Shown here: positions 42,541 to 53,400 of the stretch, in pieces | How positions within the stretch are numbered: position 1 is the first letter of the stretch | How the letters are laid out: each line of letters opens with the position of its first letter | Source of the DNA: a virus | Taxonomy: Duplodnaviria; Caudoviricetes | IMG/VR virus record: IMGVR_UViG_3300031919_000004 | Span: 1 to 56,369 of that record | DNA: 56,369 nt | Reading direction: 5' to 3' (one strand) | Position numbers and translations under genes: made by a program | The notes under the pieces: model-generated | What the model saw: only the letters and a program-made list of their open reading frames with translations | What the model was told of the DNA's origin: nothing | The model's database searches: none

Positions 42541-43974
42541 ATGGTGATGGAAATAAGCACCGACTACGACACGGGGCAAGACTTGGAAATTGAAAAGTTT
42601 GACCCGTACCTGATAAGTGATGCGGTTAAGGACTTTTCTTCCTCGATTATACAGGACTTCATTGAGGAGCATGAGAGCAAGGTTGCTAAATTCGCAAAAC
42701 TTGAGGATTTATATATTGGCAACCATGATATTATTTACAGGCAGGGGGAACCGAACAAGCCTAATAATAGGTTGGTCAATGACTACTACGGGCAGATTAT
42801 TGATACCGTGGTTGGTTATTTTATAGGCAGGCCCATTAACTTTAATGTGAATGATGAAGAATATGATGAGGCATTAAAGCAGGTGTTCTTTGATAACCAT
42901 ATTGAGGACTTGAATATGGAATTGGTGAAGGAGTTTAGTATTAAGGGGATGGTGGCTGTCCTTGTGTACCAAGATGAGAACGGGAGTACAAGGTTAGCAC
43001 AATTGCCACCTGATGAGGTCATATTTATTTATGACTCCAGCAAGACAGATAAGCTCCGTTATGTGCTGAGATATTATACGGTAAGGGACGTTATCTCGGA
43101 CGAGGAAACTAAACACGTTGAAATTTACTCGGATAAGGACGTTACTTATTGGATTCAAACAGCGTCCAACGGCGAATACGTCCTTGATCATGGCAAGGAA
43201 GGGGGAGCAGTTCAGCCTCATATTTTTGGAGAGGTTCCGGTTGTTCCATTTTATAATAACAGGTATGAAATGGGCGACTTTGAGAAAATTGTGACCTTGG
43301 TTGAGAACTTCAATAAAGTCTTGTCGGACGCTTCAAACGAACACGAAGCATATAGACGGGCGTATTTAGTATTGAAGAATATGTCTGTAGGTTCGGACAC
43401 TTTGGAGCGATTAAAGCAAGAGGGTATTATTGAAGTTGATGAGGACGGGGACGCTAAATTCTTGACAAAAGACCTCCCCACTAATGCGGTAACGGCTCAT
43501 TTGGAGAGGTTAGATAAGCAAATATATAAATTTGCAAGAGTGCCTAACCTCGATGATGAGGAGTTCGCCGGGAATTTGTCAGGGGTGGCAATTAAGTTTA
43601 AGTTGTTCGGCCTTGAAACAAAGTGTATTGAGAAAGAGCGGAAAATGACCAAAGGGTTGAGACAGTTGCTCCGGCTCATCACTGTACCACTTAATATAAA
43701 GTACAGTAAGGCATGGGACGCTAATGACGTTGAAATTGTATTCAAGCGGAATATCCCGCCTAACATTGTGGAACAGGCAACCATTGTAAGTCAGCTTCAA
43801 GGTATTTTAGATACTCAAACCTTGTTAAGCCTGTTACCGTTCATTGATGACCCGGCTACGGTCATGAAGCGAATGGAGGAAGAAGGTCTACTGCCTACGC
43901 CTGACCGAGAGATTGAGGTTGAGGATAACTCCATGCCGGAAGTACCGGAGGATGATGAGGGAGAGGAGGAATAA
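42541..43974 (+). CDS. portal protein (SPP1 gp6-like)
   Basis: KPNNRL...IIDTVVGYFIG.P, PHIFGEVP, FAGNLSGVAIKFKL. Confidence 0.95.
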   Translation: MVMEISTDYDTGQDLEIEKFDPYLISDAVKDFSSSIIQDFIEEHESKVAKFAKLEDLYIGNHDIIYRQGEPNKPNNRLVNDYYGQIIDTVVGYFIGRPINFNVNDEEYDEALKQVFFDNHIEDLNMELVKEFSIKGMVAVLVYQDENGSTRLAQLPPDEVIFIYDSSKTDKLRYVLRYYTVRDVISDEETKHVEIYSDKDVTYWIQTASNGEYVLDHGKEGGAVQPHIFGEVPVVPFYNNRYEMGDFEKIVTLVENFNKVLSDASNEHEAYRRAYLVLKNMSVGSDTLERLKQEGIIEVDEDGDAKFLTKDLPTNAVTAHLERLDKQIYKFARVPNLDDEEFAGNLSGVAIKFKLFGLETKCIEKERKMTKGLRQLLRLITVPLNIKYSKAWDANDVEIVFKRNIPPNIVEQATIVSQLQGILDTQTLLSLLPFIDDPATVMKRMEEEGLLPTPDREIEVEDNSMPEVPEDDEGEEE

Positions 43975-43990
43975 GAAAGGGGACAATTAA

Positions 43991-44905
43991 ATGAACTTGG
44001 AAAATAGACTACGGCTCATGGTTGACACTGATGATGACCGTTGGAGGCGGGACACGGAGAGGCTGGAGGGGGAAATTGCCAGAAAGTATAACCGTTCAAT
44101 GAATAAGATTGTAAGGGAGGTAAATAAACTTTACGACAGGTATGCTGATGATGAAGGTGTACTCAATTATGGTGAAATTCGGAGGCGTAAAGCATGGGAT
44201 AAACTTTACAAGTTAATCAAAAAAGAGGGGGACAGGTTAGCGGAGGCAGAGCAAAGGTTATTCCGGCGGGGATTGGAAACAGAACTAAAAAAGGCGTATT
44301 ACTTGCGGGTGTATCAGTTGGCAAAGTTGGCAGTTATTCCTAATCCTAAATGGAAAAAGGTAACGGAGCGGATAATTGATGTTGTTTTAGCTTTCCCTTG
44401 GAGCGGGGCTCAATTTTCAGACCGTATTTGGGACAACAGGGATAAATTAGTAAAGACTATCCGCAGGGAACTCACTCAAAGTTTTATCAATGGGGAACAT
44501 TCTGACAAGGTTGCTAAAGTCCTTAAAAAGCGTTTCCAGACCTCAACTTTCAATGCTCGAAGGTTGGCAAGGACGGAAATGGCAAGGGTGAATTATGAAG
44601 CTCACAGGCGGGTATATAGGGAAAACAAGGTTAAGGAAGTAATGTGGATTGCTACCCATGATGAGCGTACCTGTAAAATATGTGGGCCGAGGGATGGCAG
44701 ACGGTATGAATTTGGAAATGAACCTCCACTCCCGGCTCATCCTCAATGTAGGTGTGATGTAGCTCCTGTACCGCCTGATACTGATTTTAATTTAAGGCGA
44801 CATAACCAAAAAGATGAAACAGGAATTAAGCCTACAAAGCGGGGAGAGGTAAGAGCATATAACAGTTATGAGGAATGGATTGAAGCTAATGGGATACGAA
44901 TTTAA
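43991..44905 (+). CDS. minor head protein (SPP1 gp7/Mu F-like)
   Basis: WSGAQFSDRIW, RLARTE, DERTCKIC, PPLPAHPQCRC. Confidence 0.92.
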   Translation: MNLENRLRLMVDTDDDRWRRDTERLEGEIARKYNRSMNKIVREVNKLYDRYADDEGVLNYGEIRRRKAWDKLYKLIKKEGDRLAEAEQRLFRRGLETELKKAYYLRVYQLAKLAVIPNPKWKKVTERIIDVVLAFPWSGAQFSDRIWDNRDKLVKTIRRELTQSFINGEHSDKVAKVLKKRFQTSTFNARRLARTEMARVNYEAHRRVYRENKVKEVMWIATHDERTCKICGPRDGRRYEFGNEPPLPAHPQCRCDVAPVPPDTDFNLRRHNQKDETGIKPTKRGEVRAYNSYEEWIEANGIRI

Positions 44906-44930
44906 CTTTTTTAGAAATTTTTAATGAAAT

Positions 44931-44968
44931 TTACTTGCATTTCATGGCCTAAATTGGCCTATCTATTA
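44931..44968 (+). promoter_or_regulatory. class III promoter
   Basis: TTACTTGC-N16-TGG-CC-TATCTATTA. Confidence 0.7.
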
Positions 44969-45035
44969 GAGGGGGTAATGCCGTTGAACCTTACCGGGGG
45001 CAATGACGTTACAACCGAGAAAAGGAGGAATTTAA

Positions 45036-45824
45036 ATGGATAAGCTCTTTAATGATTCGTTTGGTGTTAAGAGTTCGGATGATGAGCCGATGGTGGGGAG
45101 CGGTGCTGGCTCTGGAGCTGGTGACGGCGGCGACTCCGGCAACGATGGCGGGGACGCTAACAAGGGTGACAAAGACAAGGGCCAAGAACCCGGAGCAACT
45201 CCTAATGATAAGGATAAAGGAGGGGCAGACGGTGATAAGGGCCAAGATGGGGACAAGGACGGTAAGGACGGTAAGGATGGTAAGGATGAAGGCATTTTTA
45301 CCAAGGATGAGGTTCTTGACCTCGTACAACGTGAAGCTGACAGGCGGGTTACTGACGCTCTGAAAAAAGCACGTAAGAAGTGGGAAGAAGAACTCAAGGA
45401 GAAGGAACGCCTTGAGAAAATGACCCAAGAGGAACGGGAAAAAGAACTCCTTGAAAAGACGAGAAAGGAAATCGAAGCTCGTGAAAATGAGCTTCAATTG
45501 AAGCAACTGCGGCTTGATACCATTGATTTAGCCAAGGAAATGGATATGCCACTTGAGTTTATTGACTTCGTGATGGCAGAGGATTTATCTTCGACCAAGG
45601 AAAGGGCAAAGAAGCTCAAGGAGGTATTCAAGCAAGCGGTTGAAAAAGCCGTTAAGGATGAGAAAGAAAGAATCCTGAAGGGCTCTACCCCTGAACATCT
45701 GGATGATAAGGGTGGTAAACAGAAGCAACACCCGAAACCCGAATACGAGAAGGAAAAGGAAAAAGCCGAGAAAACGGGTAATGTACTTGGCCTGTTGAGG
45801 CACAAGTTTGTTTCAAGCGATTAA
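45036..45824 (+). CDS. capsid scaffold protein (DUF4355-like)
   Basis: G/D/K low-complexity N-term, FTKDEV...EADRRVTDAL, LKGSTP; upstream of capsid gene. Confidence 0.88.
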   Translation: MDKLFNDSFGVKSSDDEPMVGSGAGSGAGDGGDSGNDGGDANKGDKDKGQEPGATPNDKDKGGADGDKGQDGDKDGKDGKDGKDEGIFTKDEVLDLVQREADRRVTDALKKARKKWEEELKEKERLEKMTQEEREKELLEKTRKEIEARENELQLKQLRLDTIDLAKEMDMPLEFIDFVMAEDLSSTKERAKKLKEVFKQAVEKAVKDEKERILKGSTPEHLDDKGGKQKQHPKPEYEKEKEKAEKTGNVLGLLRHKFVSSD

Positions 45825-45871
45825 TATTAAAAATTAACCATATTTAGTTTATGGAAAGGAGAGGATTTTAA

Positions 45872-46777
45872 ATGACTATAAAGAAGTCTACTGATTTCCT
45901 GACTGGGGAAGTTATTGACCTTTCGACCGAAATTGCTCTGGTAGCACCGACTGATACTCCGCTATATACTATGGTGGCCGGTCGTGGTCAGATTGTGCAA
46001 GCGAAAGACGTTACTGTTACTTGGAGGGAAAAGGAACTGGATAGCAACCGTGGTACTCTGAAGCTGGAAGGTGCGGAGGCAGGTTCTCCGATTAAGTCCA
46101 GCCGTACCATGTTCGACAATTACTGTCAGATTCTCGAAAAGGTGGTTTCCGTTTCCGGTACTGCCCGTGTTATTAAAGCCAAGGGTGTAGGTGACGAGTT
46201 CCTGAACGAGATTAATGACAGGTTGGTTGAGTTGAAGCGGGACGTTGAATGGTACTTCCTGCAAGGTACGAAAACTGCGGAGGTCACTGGCACTTCCACT
46301 CCTCGTCAGATGGACGGTATCATTAACCTTGTAAATGCGAATAACGTGGTTAATGCGGCTGCTACCGCTTTGACCGAGAATATGATTCTGGATATGCTCC
46401 AAAAGATTTGGGAAGCCGGGGCGTTGGGTTCCTACACCTGCTTTATGAACGCCTCCGAAAAGCGGGCTTTTAATAACATCTTCAAGAGCGCCAACAACGT
46501 GCGTCTGTTGATTGACCAGACTACCAACGAATTCGGCGTAAGCGTTCAGCGTTACGACTCTGACTTTGGTCGGATTGAAGTTGTGCTAAACCGCTGGATG
46601 CCTGCTGGCACTGTGCTGGCGGTTGACCTTGGTTTTGTAGAAATTGCCGAGCTTCGTCCTGCGTTTTATGAGGACTTGGCTAAAACTGGCGACTACTTCC
46701 AAGGTCATGTGGTGGTTGAGAACACTATTAAACTGCTGAACAGTAAAGCGGCTGGTAAGATTATCAACCTTGCCTAA
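45872..46777 (+). CDS. major capsid protein (DUF5309/SU10-like)
   Basis: IDLSTEI...PTDTP, NYCQI, VSGT, ELKRDVE, PRQMDG, YDSDFG, LAKTGD. Confidence 0.9.
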   Translation: MTIKKSTDFLTGEVIDLSTEIALVAPTDTPLYTMVAGRGQIVQAKDVTVTWREKELDSNRGTLKLEGAEAGSPIKSSRTMFDNYCQILEKVVSVSGTARVIKAKGVGDEFLNEINDRLVELKRDVEWYFLQGTKTAEVTGTSTPRQMDGIINLVNANNVVNAAATALTENMILDMLQKIWEAGALGSYTCFMNASEKRAFNNIFKSANNVRLLIDQTTNEFGVSVQRYDSDFGRIEVVLNRWMPAGTVLAVDLGFVEIAELRPAFYEDLAKTGDYFQGHVVVENTIKLLNSKAAGKIINLA

Positions 46778-46806
46778 TTTTTAGGTCACGGTTGAACGAG
46801 TAAACA

Positions 46807-46839
46807 AGGGGGAGAGGTTACAAAGCCTCTTCCTCTTTT
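46807..46839 (+). terminator. Rho-independent terminator
   Basis: AGGGGGAGAGGT-loop-GCCTCTTCCTCT followed by Ts. Confidence 0.65.
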
Positions 46840-46876
46840 CGTGAAATTCTACAGAATTTAATAGGAGGTAGAGACA

Positions 46877-47125
46877 ATGGCTAAATTTAAGTTTGTCAGT
46901 AAACACCGTAATCCTTATGTATATTATGGCGAATGTGGGGCTCAATTTATGAAGGGTGAGTTCCAGACTGATGACGAGCGGGTTGCTAAATACCTGCGTA
47001 TACGTGAGGATATTGAGGAAGTAAAAGTTCTGCCGAGTGAGCGGGAAGCTGAATTTAACGCTATGAAGGAAAAGACAGAGAAGGCCGAAGCGAAGGCGAA
47101 GGAAACAAAGGACGCTAAAAAGTAA
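46877..47125 (+). CDS. small head-associated protein
   Basis: F..GEFQTDD motif, directly after capsid gene. Confidence 0.6.
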   Translation: MAKFKFVSKHRNPYVYYGECGAQFMKGEFQTDDERVAKYLRIREDIEEVKVLPSEREAEFNAMKEKTEKAEAKAKETKDAKK

Positions 47126-47139
47126 AGGGGGCGATATAA

Positions 47140-47496
47140 ATGGCTGTCCCCATTCCTGATGCAGACAAACAGCAGATAATTACCAACGTAAAAACCTTGT
47201 TAGGTATTACGGACATAAGCAAGGACGTTTTACTTGACCTGTTGCTGAATAAGACCTACAGCGATTGGCTTGACTATACGTTGTGGGATGAGAAAGATAA
47301 GGACACGGGTGAGTATATAATCCCTAACGGTATTTATTCCTCTTGGGAGGATTATATGATTTATAGATACCGGAAAATGGGGTTGGAAGGTTATAACTCC
47401 TTTGGTGAAGGTTCCTTGAGTATTACTCCTGCGGGGGAAATACCGAAGGACATTAAACAGGTCTGGAATAAATATAAAAGGATGAGGTTCCATTGA
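47140..47496 (+). CDS. head-tail adaptor (gp15/gp6-like)
   Basis: VKTLLGITD..KDVLL, YRKMGLEG.NS.GEG; synteny. Confidence 0.8.
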   Translation: MAVPIPDADKQQIITNVKTLLGITDISKDVLLDLLLNKTYSDWLDYTLWDEKDKDTGEYIIPNGIYSSWEDYMIYRYRKMGLEGYNSFGEGSLSITPAGEIPKDIKQVWNKYKRMRFH

Positions 47497-47789
47497 TTAG
47501 AGATAAGCAAGCAAGCCTTTTAACTTCGACAAAGACAAGGACGAGTGAGGCAATGACAAAACTCACTTGGACAGAGGAGACTACCTTCCTTTGCAGGATT
47601 GAGCCTATGGGTGGACAGATAGCTCGGAGAATGTACGGGATTAGTGAGGAAACTACCCATAGGTTGTTCTGTGACCCGGAGGTTCCTATCACCAAAGGCA
47701 AACGGGTTGAGATTGACGGGGAGACTTATGAAGTTGTGTATATAGCTTCATTTAGATTTGAAAAGGAAGTCTCCTTGATAAAGGTTTAA
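47493..47789 (+). CDS. head closure/stopper protein
   Basis: MYGI...THRLFC...IDGETYEV; synteny. Confidence 0.75.
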   Translation: MIRDKQASLLTSTKTRTSEAMTKLTWTEETTFLCRIEPMGGQIARRMYGISEETTHRLFCDPEVPITKGKRVEIDGETYEVVYIASFRFEKEVSLIKV

Positions 47790-47803
47790 GGTGGTGATGC
47801 CTT

Positions 47804-48244
47804 TTGATTAATTCACGAATAAGTACCAATTCCAATGATTTAATGCGGGAATTTAACGGGATGGAGGAAGAACTACTCACACAGCTTGAGGAGGAATTGA
47901 ACGAGGCGGGGCAAATGGTAGCGACACAAGCTAAACTGTTGGCTCCGGTGGACACGGGACGCTTGCGGAGGTCAATTACTTGGCGTAACGAGCGTACCAA
48001 TGATGGCCCGGTTGTTCATGTAGGCACTACGGTTAAATATGCTAAATTTGTTGAATTTGGAACAGGCGTATTTACTCCCGGTGGTAGACAAACGCCTTGG
48101 ACGTTTAGAAACCTTGACGGGGAGTACATTACCACAAGAGGGCAAAAGCCTCAACCGTTTTTGGAGCCTGCCTTCGAGGAGAAAAAGCGGGAGATTGAGC
48201 GTAGAATTGGGCGTATGTTGGAAAGGGTGTTGAACCGTGGTTAA
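47804..48244 (+). CDS. HK97 gp10-like tail completion protein
   Basis: APVDTGRLRRSI, YAKFVEFGTG, GQKPQPFLEPA. Confidence 0.9.
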   Translation: MINSRISTNSNDLMREFNGMEEELLTQLEEELNEAGQMVATQAKLLAPVDTGRLRRSITWRNERTNDGPVVHVGTTVKYAKFVEFGTGVFTPGGRQTPWTFRNLDGEYITTRGQKPQPFLEPAFEEKKREIERRIGRMLERVLNRG

Positions 48245-48611
48245 TATTAAGGATTATTTAGTAAGTACCTTGACGGGCAATGCTGAATTAATGGCATTGA
48301 TTAACGGAGAGGGTAATCTACATTATGGCATACCGCCTGTTGATGCGACATTTCCTTGCTTGTCGTACTATGAAATTTCAAACGTACCGAGACTGTTAGG
48401 GGACGATAAGGAACTGGCTTCTGAAATTGTTGTGCAGGTCGATGTTTGGAATGAGGAGGGCTCAACTTCGGATATTGCTTTAAAGGTAAATGAAGTCCTG
48501 CAAAATGCAGGATTTAGGCGAACACAAGCACAGGATTTAGACCAAGAAGGCCAAAGTCCTGTTATTAGGCGAAAAGCCATGAGATTTAAAATATCGAAAG
48601 GGGTTGAATAA
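48237..48611 (+). CDS. tail terminator protein
   Basis: FPCLSYYE, VQVDVW, GFRR; synteny. Confidence 0.8.
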   Translation: MVNIKDYLVSTLTGNAELMALINGEGNLHYGIPPVDATFPCLSYYEISNVPRLLGDDKELASEIVVQVDVWNEEGSTSDIALKVNEVLQNAGFRRTQAQDLDQEGQSPVIRRKAMRFKISKGVE

Positions 48612-48613
48612 CT

Positions 48614-49156
48614 ATGGCACTTGGGCCGACTAAAGTGTTTGGTATAGATGATGCGAAAATTGCTCCGTTGACTGCGGATGACGGTGCTTTGCTGTCTTAC
48701 GGGACTCTAATTGATACTCCCGGTATTCAAACCATTAGCCTGTCTCCTTCGTATGTTGAAAAGGAACTGCGTGGGGATGAAAAGCTGATGGATGTTTATA
48801 CCAAGTTGGAGTTTATTGAGTGGAATTTTACCAATGCAAAGTTAAGTTTGGAGGTACTGGAAGCTCTGTTAGGTGGTAGCCTTGAAAGCACGGGGATTAC
48901 TCCTAATGTGGTAGATACCTTCACGCTGGCAGGTTCGGACATTCCGGGTTATTTCAAGCTGGAGGGTCAAGTCAAGTACACTGACGCTGGTGACCTGCAC
49001 GTTGTTCTATATAAGTGTAAAGCTAACAGCGTGGAATTTGAACTACAAGGCGAAGAATATGCTGTTGTAACTGCAAGCGGTAAGGCTCTGGCTACCGATA
49101 CTGATGACAAGGTTCTGGATATTGTCATTAACGAAACTGCAACGGGTATCAGCTAA
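48614..49156 (+). CDS. major tail (tube) protein
   Basis: FGIDDAKI, ELRGD, PGYFKLEG, VVLYKCK; synteny. Confidence 0.8.
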   Translation: MALGPTKVFGIDDAKIAPLTADDGALLSYGTLIDTPGIQTISLSPSYVEKELRGDEKLMDVYTKLEFIEWNFTNAKLSLEVLEALLGGSLESTGITPNVVDTFTLAGSDIPGYFKLEGQVKYTDAGDLHVVLYKCKANSVEFELQGEEYAVVTASGKALATDTDDKVLDIVINETATGIS

Positions 49157-49183
49157 TGCAGATTAATTTAAGGGGGTTTTAAG

Positions 49184-49513
49184 ATGGCTCAATTAAGCGT
49201 TCAAGGTATCAGCAGGGACGGACTTTCCCCCTCTTTCCAAGCGGCTGGCTCTGGTGGGGATAGTTTTGCCAATGATGGTAAAGTTTTTCTCCACGTTAAA
49301 AACGGAGACACGGTTAACCATGTGGTGACGGTGAACGCCGCTAAACCGTGTAATTATGGTACTTACCACAATTTAGTAGTAACCGTTCCGGCGGGGGAAG
49401 AACGGATAATTGGCCTGTTTCCTACTTACAGGTTCAATGACGATAACGAAAACGTACAGGTCAGCTATGACGGTGTTACTTCGGTAACGGTTGCCGTATT
49501 CAGCGTTGATTAA
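49184..49513 (+). CDS. putative virion decoration protein
   Basis: GDSFANDG.VFLHVKNG...VTVPAGEERIIG; structural operon. Confidence 0.6.
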   Translation: MAQLSVQGISRDGLSPSFQAAGSGGDSFANDGKVFLHVKNGDTVNHVVTVNAAKPCNYGTYHNLVVTVPAGEERIIGLFPTYRFNDDNENVQVSYDGVTSVTVAVFSVD

Positions 49514-49536
49514 ATTTAATTAAGGGGGTATTATGA

Positions 49537-49746
49537 ATGGCCTTTGATGCGAATAAAGAAAGTGCTGTAAATAATATGTGTCCTGTGGCGAACAAGGAAG
49601 GTCTTGGGACAGAGATTAAAGCCTTGGCTGATAGGGTAGCTGCTGCTCAAGCGGACAGCACGGCTATTGATGTGGCGGGGCTTGTTGCAGACTTCAATGC
49701 TCTGCTTCGAAAACTGCGGGATGCTGGACTGATGGCAAGCTCGTAA
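49537..49746 (+). CDS. head-fibre-like small protein
   Basis: QADSTAIDVAGLVADFNALLRKLRDAGLMA. Confidence 0.7.
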   Translation: MAFDANKESAVNNMCPVANKEGLGTEIKALADRVAAAQADSTAIDVAGLVADFNALLRKLRDAGLMASS

Positions 49747-49772
49747 TTAAATATAGGAGCGATTTTTAAAGA

Positions 49773-49816
49773 TTGGGAAGGGATAAACGCTCAAATATCC
49801 CTTCCCATTATTTTTA
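49773..49816 (+). terminator. terminator-like hairpin
   Basis: TGGGAAGGGATA/TATCCCTTCCCA stem followed by a T-rich run. Confidence 0.65.
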
Positions 49817-49871
49817 TTTTATGCTATAATGAGAATACAACAGGAAACTAATTATAAGGAGGATGAATTTA

Positions 49872-50180
49872 ATGAGTGTACCAGTAATTCAATTTATGGA
49901 CGGGAGAGAATTTAAGGCGGTAAGACCTTCTACGGGTCTGTGGAGAAAGATGCTGAAGTTCATGGGGGATAATGTGGACATTACAACCGAGGAAGGTTTT
50001 GACGAGGCTCAAGACTTGATTATTAAGGCATTTGGTAAACAGTTTACAGCGGAGGAGCTTGAAGATGATGACGGACTTCCTTTGGAGGATTGGATACCTA
50101 CCCTGAACGAAGTGGCTCAATACATTAATGAGGTCGTGAGTAAGAAGTCAAAGGAGAAGAAGCCGGGAAAAAACAAGTAA
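49872..50180 (+). CDS. tail assembly chaperone (gpG-like)
   Basis: AFGKQFTAEEL; two ORFs upstream of tape measure. Confidence 0.8.
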   Translation: MSVPVIQFMDGREFKAVRPSTGLWRKMLKFMGDNVDITTEEGFDEAQDLIIKAFGKQFTAEELEDDDGLPLEDWIPTLNEVAQYINEVVSKKSKEKKPGKNK

Positions 50181-50446
50181 CGCCCAAAGGCGAGGAAGGG
50201 GAGGATGATTTACCTCTCCATTTGTTTTTAGTGAAGCAATATTACTATTTATCTCGTACCTTTGGGTGGACTCCGGGAGAAATTGATGACATAGAGCTTG
50301 AAATGTTTTTTGACTATATGACGGTGGCTGGAGTAGTTGCCGAGGAAGAAAAGGACAAAGACGGTAAGCCTTCAAAGAGGGCAGAGAGCGGGACAGCACA
50401 GGACTTATTTATGATGGTTCGAGGCCAGAAAGGGGTGAGTAAGTAA
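50165..50446 (+). CDS. -1 frameshift extension (gpT-like) of tail assembly chaperone
   Basis: Slippery G GGA AAA / A AAA AAC at 50165-50174; -1 frame open to 50446 (FGWTPGEID). Confidence 0.8.
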   Translation, partial: GKKQVTPKGEEGEDDLPLHLFLVKQYYYLSRTFGWTPGEIDDIELEMFFDYMTVAGVVAEEEKDKDGKPSKRAESGTAQDLFMMVRGQKGVSK

Positions 50447-50449
50447 CCA

Positions 50450-53400
50450 ATGGCTGAAAATAAAGAGTTTAAAATTACTATACGGGCGGTAACTGACCAA
50501 TTTGAGTCTGCTATGAGGCGTACAAAGGATTCCTTTAGGGAAGCTAACCAATCTTTTAGACAGGGTATGCAGGAAAGTAATGGTTTCCTCAATGACATGG
50601 CTAATAATCTTGGTAAAAGTATGGGGGTATTGCTTAACCCGGTCACTCTTGCCACGGCAGGGATAGCGGCTTTAGGTGCTGGAGCGGTGGCGGCTGGTGT
50701 TAAAGGTATGCAGATGGCTATGGAATTTGAGGACGCTGGAAATAAACTGCAAGCCTCTTTAGGATTGGCGACAGAGGAAACGGAAGAATTTAAGGCAAGG
50801 ATGGAGGAGTCTTTTGCTGATGCACGGGGAACTGTGCAGGAGATACAAGAGGCTTACAGGATGGTCGCCTCTACAATGCAGACCGGGGCAGAGGAAACGG
50901 GCAGACTTGCTGATAAAGCGTTAGTATTGCAAGAAGCGTTTGGCCTTGATGTGACGAGTTCCATTAAAGCTGTAGATACAATGACGAAAAATTTAGGCAT
51001 TGACGGAGATAAGGCTTTTGATATTATTGCAACCACAGCACAAAAAGCGGGAGATAAAGCGGATGATTTATTAGACACTTTTTGGGAGTATTCAAACCAG
51101 TTTGCTGAAATGGGGTTAGACGCTGAACAGTTTGCAGGGATATTAACAACCGCCTCTGAGGAAGGCGTTTATAATTTTGATAAAGTTGCTGACGCTGTTA
51201 AAGAATTTAATATTAGGATAAAAGACGGTAGTAAAACTACTGTTGAATCCATGCAAATGCTCCTCGGTGACGGTGCAACGGAAGTCTTTAACAAGATGAA
51301 AAGCGGAGCAATGACCGGGGCAGAGGCTATGCAATTAGTCTTGACGGAACTCCAAAAGATTGATGACCCTTTAAAGCGGGAACAAATAGCTGTCGGTCTT
51401 TTTGGCACTCAGTGGGAGGATGTTGGCGACAAGGCTATGTTGGCAATGACTAAAGGCATGGAAGGTCTTGAAGGTTTTGAAGGGGCAATGGATAAAGCGA
51501 CTGACGCTGTGGATGACTCTTTTAGTAAGCAGATAGAGAGAATAGGTAATCAATTCTCTTTACTGGCTAAAGATGTTGCAGAGCAGTTGTTACCATACCT
51601 CAAGCAATTCGCTGATTTCATTGAGGACAATATGCCGAAAATACAACGTACCGTTGAAACGGCTATTGATGTGGTTAAGTTTGTATTCACTGACTTGGCA
51701 GTGGTGTTGAAAAATGCGTGGGAAATATTTAAGTTAGGCTACACGATAGTCAAGGAAACGGTTGGCCTAATTGTAGATGTATTAACTGGCGACTTTGAGG
51801 GAGCAAAGCAGAGAGTAATTAATATTTTTGAAGCAATTAAAACAGCAATTAGCGATATCTTTGATAATATCCTTGGAGCGGTAAAGACTAAATTTAATAT
51901 CATTAAGGAGCATATAACCGATAAGGGTAAGGATATTGTAAATGGTTTGTGGGAAGGTTTACAGGAGAAAACAGAATGGCTCAAGGGAAAGGTGACTGAA
52001 TGGATTAAAGCAGTATTACCCGGCCCGATTGAAAAAGCTCTTGGTATTGCTTCTCCTTCAAAGGTAATGAAGGTAATAGGTCAACAATCTGCGGAGGGTC
52101 TTGCTCTTGGCGTAGTAGATGGGAAAAGTAAGGTACAGCAAGCAGTTACTCAGTTAGCGGTTGTTATGGGCGAATCTGTAAAAACTATGACCGATAAATA
52201 TAATAAGACATTATACCAAATGGAATTGCAATTTTCCAAGGAACGAATGAAGCTTAGAGTTGAAGAAATGCAGAAGGAAATTGAGCGAACCCAAACGGAA
52301 GTCCAAGAGTCTGAAAAACGAATTGAACAACTCAAGAAGGAATTGAAAGAGTATAAAAAGGGCAGTGAGGACTACGAAAAGATAAGCGAGGATATAAGGA
52401 GAGAGACTGAAAATCTTGCAAAAGTACAGGAACGAGCGGCTAAAGCAAGGGCTAACGCTGAACAACAGGCAAAGTCTTTGGTTATCTCCGCATTACAACA
52501 ACAGCGGAACATTTTAGAGGACGTTCAAGACGTTTGGGAGCGGCACCATCAGGCTTTAGCAGAGGCAAAAGAGGAGTACCAACGCAGGGTAAGAGAGGTA
52601 AATAGGCAATTAGCCGAGGATGAACGGAGGCTCACGGAGGACTTAAAACGGCAGATTGAGCAAAGGGCTCAAGATTTAATGAACTGGACGGGACTTTTTG
52701 ATGTAGTAAGTTTCTCTGGTGAGGGGATCACAGGCGGGGAGTTATTAGGCAACCTGCGTGACCAAGTTAATGCCTTTGATGAGTGGCAAGAGCAAATAGG
52801 TTTATTAGCTCAAAAGGGCGTTGATGAGGGGCTTATTAAGGAATTACAGAAAATGGGGCCGAAGGCTCTGCCTCAAATAAAAGCCTTAAATAAATTGTCT
52901 GATGAGGAATTAACAGAATACGTTAACCTATATAGGATGAAAGCACAGCAAGCAAGAGAAGAAGCAATGAGGCAATTGGAACAGCAAAGACGAGAAACTC
53001 AAATGAAGCTCATGGAAATTAGGGCAAACGCTTATAGACAGCTTGAAATGTACCGTCAAAAGTGGGCAGAAAAGCAAAAAGAGATTAGGAAAAATACAAT
53101 GGAAGAACTGGACGCTATCGAAAGGCGGTATAAGCAAATGGCTGAAAATTCCACTCATTATGGGGTTTCTTTAATGGAAAACTTTATTGGCGGGGTTCGG
53201 AGTAGGTTTGGTGTCTTGAGAAGTACGCTTGAGCAAATGATGGAAATGGTTGATATGTATATGCCTCATAGCCCCGCAAAAGTTGGGCCTTTGAAGAAGT
53301 TGGATGAATACGGCCCGGCAATGGTTCAAGAAATTGCAAGAGGTATTCAAGGAAGTCTGCCGACATTGGAAAGGGCAGTTAATCAGATGGCTCAAGTGCC

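Noticed and set aside
45225-45290. 9-bp tandem repeats GGTAAGGAY
   Set aside because: They encode the GKD low-complexity linker of the scaffold protein
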